This document shows positions 56,722 to 64,000 of a DNA stretch of 64,000 bases, in pieces; position 1 is the stretch's first letter; the number at the start of each line of letters is the position of its first letter. The stretch lies in assembly GCA_963822585.1 (NCBI GenBank), contig CAWGIE010000047.1, positions 128,001 through 192,000 of the forward strand, in the 5' to 3' direction. Position numbers and translations under genes: made by a program. The notes beneath the pieces are model-generated. The model was not told where the DNA came from. It ran no database searches and saw only the letters and a program-made list of their open reading frames with translations. Source of the DNA: an uncultured bacterium (GTDB lineage Bacteria > Auribacterota > Erginobacteria > Erginobacterales > Erginobacteraceae).

Positions 56722-57681
56722 TTAATCCGGTAAATCCAGTTTATCAATGACATCTCGGATGATTTTCGCGGAACGCGCGAGCGCTTTTTCTTCACCGGGA
56801 TCGAGTTTGAGCCGGATCACGTTCCGAACCCCTTCCCGGTTGACCACGGCGGGGAGACTGAGATAGACCTCCTGACCGTCCCTCCCCTCGGAAAAGAGGG
56901 AAGAGACGGGGAGAACGGCGTTCTCGTCCCGGAGAACGGCCCGGGTGATTCTGGTTAGGGCCAGTCCGATCCCATAGGATGTCTCGCCCTTCAGTTCGAT
57001 GATCCGGTAGGCGGAATCCCGGACCCGGTTAAAGATGTCGCGCAGCTCCTCTTCTGTCCGGCAGTCGCCGTTGAATTCGCACGTCGGGCAGTAATCTTTC
57101 AGAAGCACCCCGCCGATCAGGGCCCGGGACCAGGCCGGAAACTCGGAATCGCCGTGCTCCCCCAGGATATAGGCGTGAACGTTTCGGGGATCGATCCGGC
57201 AGTGCCGGCTGAGCATGAATCGCAGGCGGGCGGAATCGAGAACGGTTCCCGATCCGATAACCGTCTTGGCCGCTTTGCCGGAAAACCGATAGGCGGCGTA
57301 AGAGAGGACGTCGACCGGATTGGAGACGATGAGCAAGATGGCCTCGGGGGCGTGCCGGACGATTTGGGGGATGATGGTCCGGAAGAGCGCGGCATTGGCT
57401 TTGATCAGGTCGAGGCGGGACTGCCCCGGCTGCTGGCTTTTCCCCGCGGTCACCACCACTAGATCGGAGTCCGCGATATCGGGATAATCGCCGGCGGTGA
57501 CTTCGACCGGGGAGATGTAAGGGGCACCGTGATTGAGGTCCATGACCTCCCCTTCCAGTTTTTTTCGGTCGAGATCGACCAGGCAGATCCGGCGGACACC
57601 GCCCCTGATCATCAGGGCGTAAGCATAGCGAAGCCCGACGTTCCCGGCCCCGATAATGGAGATTTTTGGTTTCAGCGACAT
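56722..57681 (-). CDS. ldh: L-lactate dehydrogenase
   Basis: GAGNVG, QQPGQSRLDL (Gln at the specificity position), SNPVD, LDSAR, GEHGDS. Confidence 0.9.
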   Translation of the reverse strand: MSLKPKISIIGAGNVGLRYAYALMIRGGVRRICLVDLDRKKLEGEVMDLNHGAPYISPVEVTAGDYPDIADSDLVVVTAGKSQQPGQSRLDLIKANAALFRTIIPQIVRHAPEAILLIVSNPVDVLSYAAYRFSGKAAKTVIGSGTVLDSARLRFMLSRHCRIDPRNVHAYILGEHGDSEFPAWSRALIGGVLLKDYCPTCEFNGDCRTEEELRDIFNRVRDSAYRIIELKGETSYGIGLALTRITRAVLRDENAVLPVSSLFSEGRDGQEVYLSLPAVVNREGVRNVIRLKLDPGEEKALARSAKIIRDVIDKLDLPD

Positions 57682-57709
57682 CCGGTAGAAACTTTTTCGG
57701 GCGATGACC

Positions 57710-58090
57710 TCAGCCGCGCCCACTGAGGAGCAAGGCCACCTTGTGTTTGACGACGTTCTCCGTAAACGGCTTGATCAGGCAGAGACTGATCCCGCACGCT
57801 TTCATATGCGTCTCATCCTCGGCCCTGGTGAAGTACCCGGTCATGGCGATGATCGGGATCTCCTCCATCCCTTCCCGCAGTTTCATTTCCTCGGCGACCT
57901 GGAAACCGTTCTTTCCCCGCATCTTCAGATCCAGGATGACCAGATCCGGCTGTATACGGGAAGCGGCGTTTACCGCCGCCGCGCCGTCGGTGAATGCGGA
58001 GACTTCGTAGCCGCCCAGGGAAAGAGATTCCCGCAGTTCGTCCAGGAAGTCTTTGTCGTCGTCGATGATCATGATTTTCGCGTTGGTCAT
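57710..58090 (-). CDS. Single-domain response regulator
   Basis: IMIIDDD, ILDLKM, KPF. Confidence 0.85.
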   Translation of the reverse strand: MTNAKIMIIDDDKDFLDELRESLSLGGYEVSAFTDGAAAVNAASRIQPDLVILDLKMRGKNGFQVAEEMKLREGMEEIPIIAMTGYFTRAEDETHMKACGISLCLIKPFTENVVKHKVALLLSGRG

Positions 58091-58137
58091 GATCGGTCCT
58101 TTTCAGCGGTTGACGGGATGCGCCTTCGGCGGCGAGA

Positions 58138-58482
58138 TCAGGCGTTCTCTTCAGTCTGCAATTCCAGACCGGCCGCGAGCCATCCCTTCCTGCCGCCCTT
58201 AAAATCGAGAACACCGCCATAGCCCATTACCATCAGTTCCCGGGCGCCCCGGGTACTGGCGTGGCAGGCATAGCTGGCACAGTAAACCACGATCGTTTCG
58301 TTTTTTTTCAGGATTTCGGGGGCCTTCTCTTTCAGGCGGTCCAGGGGGATATTGACCGCCCCCGGGATATGCCCCTGCCGATACGTCTCCTCGGAGAGAA
58401 CATCGACCAGGATGAAGGGGTCGCGGTTCTCCCGCATCTCCAGAAGCTCCTCCAGGGTGATCATTCTCAATCTGTTCATCAT
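58138..58482 (-). CDS. Rhodanese-like protein
   Basis: GHIPGAVNIP, VVYCAS..C. Confidence 0.88.
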   Translation of the reverse strand: MMNRLRMITLEELLEMRENRDPFILVDVLSEETYRQGHIPGAVNIPLDRLKEKAPEILKKNETIVVYCASYACHASTRGARELMVMGYGGVLDFKGGRKGWLAAGLELQTEENA

Positions 58483-58877
58483 CCGCCTCCCGATTTGAGA
58501 TTCTGCGCCGACTGGAGCGCCTGCATGATTTTCCCGACCAGCTGTTCTTCGTCGACGGGCTTGGAGACGAAGTCCCGGATCCCGCAAAGTTTCATTCCCA
58601 GCCGGAGTTTCTCGTCGACGAAGATCCCGCTCATCGCCACGATGGGGACCACCCGGAAGCCCGGCAAGTGCGTCATCTCCGCGGCGATTTGAAACCCGCT
58701 CCGCCCCGGAAGGTGGAGGTCGATGAGAACGAGATGGGGCCGGAAACGCCAGACCTCCACCAGGGCGTCATTTTCCCCGGCGACGCCCTCGGCCTGGTAA
58801 CCCCGGTACTTCAGGAAGCCGGTAATCTCTTCCCGGAAATCGTCGTCATCCTCGACGATGAGTATTCGAGCACTCAT
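58479..58877 (-). CDS. Single-domain response regulator
   Basis: ILIVEDDD, LIDLHLP, KPV. Confidence 0.85.
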   Translation of the reverse strand: MSARILIVEDDDDFREEITGFLKYRGYQAEGVAGENDALVEVWRFRPHLVLIDLHLPGRSGFQIAAEMTHLPGFRVVPIVAMSGIFVDEKLRLGMKLCGIRDFVSKPVDEEQLVGKIMQALQSAQNLKSGGG

Positions 58878-59233
58878 TTTTTCCCGGGCGCCAGAGGATA
58901 ACTCAGCGCTCGGTCCCGATTCCGCCGTAGTGGATGTCAGTCCTGACCGGCTCAAAGAAAGGCTCCCTGAAAGCATTGCCATCAACTCACACAAGCATTT
59001 AGGATAACCATTTTATTCGCGTGCCGGGGGACACATCAGCCCCCGGTTGACATCACCGGGAGGAAAGACTTTCCCGGAACGTCGCTATCTTCCCCCCCTT
59101 TGCCGGGTGGGACAATAGGGGGATTCCCCTTTTTCCTGACTTTTTTCTCCCCTCGGAATAATAAAAGGGAGAAGGTTATCAAAGATTGAGATCGGGGGAG
59201 AAATTCCGCGGGGAAGAAAAACGGGTGGTGTAC

Positions 59234-62200
59234 TTAGACGTCCCGGTGAAGAGGGATGGTGACGGTAACGGCGGTGCCTTTCTCTTTTGCGCTGACGATC
59301 TTGATCGAGCCCCCGTGAAGCTCGGCCAGTTCCTTGCTCAAGGGCAAACCGAGTCCGGTCCCGGTTTTTTTCCCGCTGTAAAAAGGCTCGAAAACGCGTT
59401 CCATTTCTTCTTCATCGATGCCTTTGCCGTTGTCCCGGATCGTTATCACCGCGGCCGCGTCGTTCTCGATCCGACCCGTCACCTCGATCAGCCCTTCCCG
59501 GCTGCCGATGGCCTGGTAGGCGTTGGCGAGGAGGTTATTGAATATCTCCAGAAGCTGCACCTCGTCCGCGGCGAGGGTGATCTTCGCCAGCGCCGCCAGG
59601 TCCTTCGTCACCCGTATTCTCATCCGGGGAAATTTTTCCCGGACCGTTTTTAACGCTTCCGTTACGATCCGGTCGAGCCGAACGATTTCAGGTCGGGGCA
59701 ATCTGAGCCCGGTATAGGTGAGAAGATTGGAGATGATCCGGTTGCTCTCCACCACCTTGCGCTGGATTTTTTCGATGTAGCCGGCCAGAGCGGGATTGCC
59801 GGCCTTTCTTCCCAGATTGGCGGCGGCCAGACCGATGGTGCCGAGAGGAGTGCGCAGCTCATGAGCGACGGTGGCGGCGAGGGTGCCGATCGATGAGAGG
59901 CGTTTCGCCCTTTCCAACTCCATATGCGCCGATATCAATTCCTGGGTGCGCTGGATAATCGTCTGTTCTAATGAACTATTCAACTCTTCCAGCGCCTGCT
60001 CGGTATTCTTCATCTCGGTAATGTCATGCACCATCCCCACCGAACGGACAATCTTGCCGGAGCCATCGCGCAGATGTTCGCATTTTTCGTGGACGATGCG
60101 GACCTCGCCGGTACCCTTCCGGATAACCCGGTGCTCGATCTCATAACCGTTCTTTCCTCCCCGGATCGAGTCGGCATAGGCCGCGTCAACCGTTTCCCGG
60201 TCCTCGGGGTGAACCATTTCCAGGAAGGCCTCGTACGTCGCCCCGAACTCCCCGGGCTGGAGCCCGAAGATGTGGTAGACTTCATCCGACCAGGTCAGCG
60301 CGCCCGCGGCCAGATCCAGCTCCCAGCTGCCCAGATGCGCCATTCCCTGCGCTTTTTTCAGGCGTTGCTCGCTCTCGCGCAGCGCTTCTTCCGTCTGCCG
60401 GATATCGGTGATGTCGACGCCAAAGCCGATAACGCCTTTGATCTCGCCGTTCTCGTCAAAATACGGTACCTTATCAATCCGGATTGTCCTTACTCCCTGA
60501 GGCGTTGCCAGCGTCTCGATGATTCCGAGTTTCTCACGGCCGCTTTTCATGACCTCCCGATCATCCTTACCGTAGGCTGCGGCCTGCCTGCTCGGATAGA
60601 GGTCGAACATGGACTTCCCTTCCATCTCCGACCGGGAAATGTTCATCACCTTTTCAAACGCCTTGTTAACGCGCAGGAAACGGTTTCCCTTATCCTTGAA
60701 GAAGATAAGCACCGGGGAGGAATCAAGGATGGTCTGTTGTTCCGTTAAGTTCGCCTCCAGTAAATTTTCGAGTTTTTTCCGTGCGGTGATGTTGATGCAG
60801 ATGCCGGACATGCGCGTCGGCCGGCCGTTCCGGTCGTAGGTGGTATCGCCGAGAGCGTTGATCCAGCGTACTTTTCCCGAGGCAAGCACGATGCGATACT
60901 CGCTGGAGTGGGGGGAGTGGTTTTTAATCGCCGTCTCAATCCGTTCTTGCGCCCGCGCCCTGTCGTCGGGATGGATCACGCTTCTCCATAAGTCAAAACC
61001 GGGGACGCTTGACGCGGGATCGAGGGCGAAGAGACTGAACAGTTCATGAGACCACTCAAGTTTGCCCGTGGTAATGTCCCAATCCCAGACTCCGGCGCCG
61101 GCCGAGACCTGGGCCAACCTCAGCCGTTCCTCGCTCTCGCGCAGCGCTTCCAGTGCCTGTTTGTATTTCGTCGTCTCCCGCAGCGAAAAGACAAGGCCGG
61201 TCACCCTGCCGCCGTGATCCTTTACCGGCGTCAGGCTCCAGTCCCAGTAAGTCACGCCCCGTTCGGGCTGATCGGGGAAGACGAAAGGCCTATCCTTGTG
61301 GAAGACCCCTTTGCCGGACTTCAGGACTTTCCGGAAAATGGCTTCGTTCTCCGGGTCGGGGTAGAGAGTGAAATGGTTCTTGCCGATCAGTTCTTCCGGC
61401 TTCATCCGACACGTTTCAGCGTAGGCGGGATTGACCCAGACGAAATTGAATTTCGAATCGAGCAGGACCAGCATTACGTCGGTGGTGCGCATAACGATCT
61501 CCAGCAAACTCCGCTCGCGATGCAGATGTTCCTCAGCCTGCTTGCGCTCGGTGATGTCGAGGCAGTAAATGTTGACGTAGTCGTTTCCTTTGACCGGTAC
61601 CGCCGCCGCCTGAAAAATCCGCTTTTTCCCCCGAACTTCCCCCTGCACGATGAGGCCGGTTTTCTCCGCCTCCCGCGCCATCCGGAACAGTTCGGCGGGG
61701 AGAGGGCGCCCGATCCCGCACCGGGATCGTCCGAAGGCTTTGGCCGCTGCCGGGTTGGAATAGAGAATGGTCCCGCTCCGGTCGGAACGGAGGACGGGGT
61801 TGGGGTTCTCCGAAGGGAAGCGGGAGAGGTCTTCCGCCTCCTGTTGCGCGCGCCGCTGCTCGGTGACGTCGTGCCAGACCACTAAAGCCCCGTCAATTTC
61901 CCTTCCCTCTTTAATCGGTGCCGCCGAGCTGAGGACCGTCCGTTTCTTTCCCTTCGCGTCCGTGAAGCGGTATTCCCGGTCTCGGACGGCCTTCCCGGTT
62001 AGAGCCCGCGCGGAAATAAAATCATCCCGTTTCAGTTTTACGCCTCTCGCCGCCCGGGAGGATAATTTTTTAACCAGGGCCGTTTGCGACATCCCGGCGG
62101 GGTTGAAACCGAAAGACTCTTTCGCAGCCGTATTGGCTCTGACCACGGTCCCCCGGAGGTCGTAGATCAGGGCCGGGTCGGCGATGCCTTCCAAGACCTG

Positions 62201-62362
62201 AAAACAGGCGAGCAGTTGCCCGGATGGTTCGGGGGCAACCTTTTTCCGCGTGCCGGGTCCTTTTTGCCGCCGGGAGGAGGGCCGGATCTGTCCATCCGGA
62301 GGGCGGGAAGACTTACCGGACGGTCTTTTTCGCTTTCCGTTTTTTATTTTGGGTCCGGGCAT
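59234..62362 (-). CDS. Cytoplasmic multi-PAS sensor histidine kinase
   Basis: Several PAS/PAC domains; HELRTPL, NAYQA, DNGKG, GTGLGL. Confidence 0.92.
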   Translation of the reverse strand: MPGPKIKNGKRKRPSGKSSRPPDGQIRPSSRRQKGPGTRKKVAPEPSGQLLACFQVLEGIADPALIYDLRGTVVRANTAAKESFGFNPAGMSQTALVKKLSSRAARGVKLKRDDFISARALTGKAVRDREYRFTDAKGKKRTVLSSAAPIKEGREIDGALVVWHDVTEQRRAQQEAEDLSRFPSENPNPVLRSDRSGTILYSNPAAAKAFGRSRCGIGRPLPAELFRMAREAEKTGLIVQGEVRGKKRIFQAAAVPVKGNDYVNIYCLDITERKQAEEHLHRERSLLEIVMRTTDVMLVLLDSKFNFVWVNPAYAETCRMKPEELIGKNHFTLYPDPENEAIFRKVLKSGKGVFHKDRPFVFPDQPERGVTYWDWSLTPVKDHGGRVTGLVFSLRETTKYKQALEALRESEERLRLAQVSAGAGVWDWDITTGKLEWSHELFSLFALDPASSVPGFDLWRSVIHPDDRARAQERIETAIKNHSPHSSEYRIVLASGKVRWINALGDTTYDRNGRPTRMSGICINITARKKLENLLEANLTEQQTILDSSPVLIFFKDKGNRFLRVNKAFEKVMNISRSEMEGKSMFDLYPSRQAAAYGKDDREVMKSGREKLGIIETLATPQGVRTIRIDKVPYFDENGEIKGVIGFGVDITDIRQTEEALRESEQRLKKAQGMAHLGSWELDLAAGALTWSDEVYHIFGLQPGEFGATYEAFLEMVHPEDRETVDAAYADSIRGGKNGYEIEHRVIRKGTGEVRIVHEKCEHLRDGSGKIVRSVGMVHDITEMKNTEQALEELNSSLEQTIIQRTQELISAHMELERAKRLSSIGTLAATVAHELRTPLGTIGLAAANLGRKAGNPALAGYIEKIQRKVVESNRIISNLLTYTGLRLPRPEIVRLDRIVTEALKTVREKFPRMRIRVTKDLAALAKITLAADEVQLLEIFNNLLANAYQAIGSREGLIEVTGRIENDAAAVITIRDNGKGIDEEEMERVFEPFYSGKKTGTGLGLPLSKELAELHGGSIKIVSAKEKGTAVTVTIPLHRDV

Positions 62363-63098
62363 TGTTTCTCCGGGATATTTTTTTCGATCGCGACCGGCGG
62401 TGCCGATACTTGGTCGGGGTCTGACCGGTCCCTTTCTGGAATATCCGGATAAAGGATTCGGTGTTGAGATAACCGAGGGAGAGGGCGATCTTGTCGACGC
62501 TGTGACCGGTCTCCTCCAGCCATTCCTTGGCCTGGTCGATCTTCAGCCGCAATTTATACTCGTTGAATCCCTCTCCGGTCATTTCCCGGAATATCCGGCT
62601 GACGTATTTGGGACTCAGGCAGACCAACCGGGCGGCATCATCGAGGGTGACTTTTTTATGCCAGTTCCTTTCCAGGAAGAGCTTGATCCGTTCCATCTTG
62701 CCTTTGGTATCGGAGAGATCCAGGTCGGCTTTCCGGGCGCAGGAGGTTAGAAGGTTCTCGATGATGATTTTGGCTTTGTTCGTGTCCAGGGGCTTTTCCA
62801 GGTAATCGTCGGCTTCGCCCTTGAGCGCCTCGATCACGATCTTCTTGGATCCGTAGCCGGTGAGGATGATCACGCTCAGATCGGGAGCGATCTCCTTGAT
62901 CTTTTTCAGGACCTGGGTGCCGGATCGATCGGGGAGCATTACGTCCAGGATGACCAGGTCGATCTCGTGGGGTTTCTCCAGCATCGCGATCGCTTCTTCC
63001 CCCCGGGATGCCTCCCGGATCCGGTAGTCCTGGAAGAATTCCCGGAATTCGCTCCGGAAATCCTTGTCGTCATCAACCAGTAGTATGGTGTAAGGCAT
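62313..63098 (-). CDS. Response regulator with AraC-type HTH (YesN-like)
   Basis: REC domain + LSPKYVSRIF..LGYLNTESFIRIFQK.TGQTP. Confidence 0.9.
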   Translation of the reverse strand: MPYTILLVDDDKDFRSEFREFFQDYRIREASRGEEAIAMLEKPHEIDLVILDVMLPDRSGTQVLKKIKEIAPDLSVIILTGYGSKKIVIEALKGEADDYLEKPLDTNKAKIIIENLLTSCARKADLDLSDTKGKMERIKLFLERNWHKKVTLDDAARLVCLSPKYVSRIFREMTGEGFNEYKLRLKIDQAKEWLEETGHSVDKIALSLGYLNTESFIRIFQKGTGQTPTKYRHRRSRSKKISRRNNARTQNKKRKAKKTVR

Positions 63099-63376
63099 GT
63101 CACTGTTCCCGTTTGATCGGGAAATGTATATATATCCCGAATTATTCAGGATATCATATATCGTTCAGTACATTCATAATATATTCATCGAGGATTTTTC
63201 TTTCAAGCATGGAGTTGAGGCTGATCTCGGAGAAAGGTGATATTTTTCTGAGAATGATTGTTTTTCCCGACAGGGAAAAACAAGTAGAAATAAGTCAATA
63301 AAAAGGAGAATGCGCCTATTGGCGGATTGATCGGTTCCATACTATCGTCATGCCGGACTAATGAGGAGGTTCTGCC

Positions 63377-64000
63377 GTGTTCCAGCATCGCGTCCGTTTG
63401 TTCACCATCCTTGGTTTTGAAGTAAAAGTCGATATCAGTTGGCTGATACTCGCCGTTCTGATTACCTGGACCCTGGCCCGGGGTGTTTTCCCCTATTATG
63501 ACAAAGGCCTCTCCGAAGCCACCTACTGGTGGATGGGCGCGGCCGGGGCGATCGGCCTCTTCCTCTCCATTATCTTCCACGAGCTGGCTCATTCGCTGGT
63601 GGCGCGGCGGTATGGTTTGCAGATCAAGGGGATCACGCTCTTCATCTTCGGGGGAGTGGCGGAGATGCACGAAGAGCCGTCCAATCCCCGAACCGAGTTT
63701 TTGATGGCGGCCGCCGGACCTTTCTCCAGTATCGTCCTGGGGGTGATTTTTTATCTCCTGCGCTGGGCCGGGGCGGCGGCGGCCTATCCGAGACCGGTGG
63801 TGTATGTTCTCGGCTACCTATCCTTTCTCAACTTCATCCTGGCCGGATTCAATCTTCTCCCGGCCTTCCCCCTCGACGGCGGCCGGATTTTTCGGGCCGC
63901 CCTATGGAAATGGAAGCATAACCTCCGCTGGGCCACCCGGGTCGCCTCCCAGGCCGGATCGTTCTTCGGGATGGCGCTGATCTTTCTCGGTTTCCTCAGC
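63377..64000 (+). CDS. Site-2 protease (peptidase M50), 3'-truncated by window
   Basis: GTG after gaggagg; FHELAHS (HExxH), FIFGGVA, FNLLPAFPLDGGR. Confidence 0.9.
   Translation, partial: MFQHRVRLFTILGFEVKVDISWLILAVLITWTLARGVFPYYDKGLSEATYWWMGAAGAIGLFLSIIFHELAHSLVARRYGLQIKGITLFIFGGVAEMHEEPSNPRTEFLMAAAGPFSSIVLGVIFYLLRWAGAAAAYPRPVVYVLGYLSFLNFILAGFNLLPAFPLDGGRIFRAALWKWKHNLRWATRVASQAGSFFGMALIFLGFLS

Overview
GC-rich bacterial chromosomal window, probably from an uncultured anaerobe (superoxide reductase, EFR1 ferredoxin, Fe-ADH). The FG-GAP/VCBS-tailed proteins recall Ca. Auribacterota/PVC-like MAG proteins, but that taxonomy is unverified. It holds about 50 mostly accessory CDS; I saw no rRNA, tRNA, CRISPR-Cas, integrase or transposase. 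Main observations: (1) About 48 GTAG-type REP hairpins (CACAGACAGGAATGTCTGTGCTAC, counted by eye) all lie in one orientation and partition 2.9-37.1 kb into gene blocks. Two adjacent REP-bounded blocks share homologous ends (diverged relics of the radical SAM and NADAR gene 3' ends) but have different interiors, which suggests REP-delimited cassette exchange or accretion. (2) A 161-168 bp element with a covarying hairpin separates ParB, HigBA and MNT-HEPN modules at 1.7-7.5 kb. (3) Five exported proteins carry the same FG-GAP/VCBS module, and four end in P[AV]TR-stop. (4) Two LigD 3'-phosphoesterase paralogs are catalytically degenerate and tail-anchored, alongside one canonical copy. (5) A ThyA-like protein has Asp at the dUMP/dCMP specificity position. 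(6) A NADAR-like protein has a lipobox. Three genes are frameshifted, possibly through assembly errors. All assignments come from reading motifs by eye; no searches were run.
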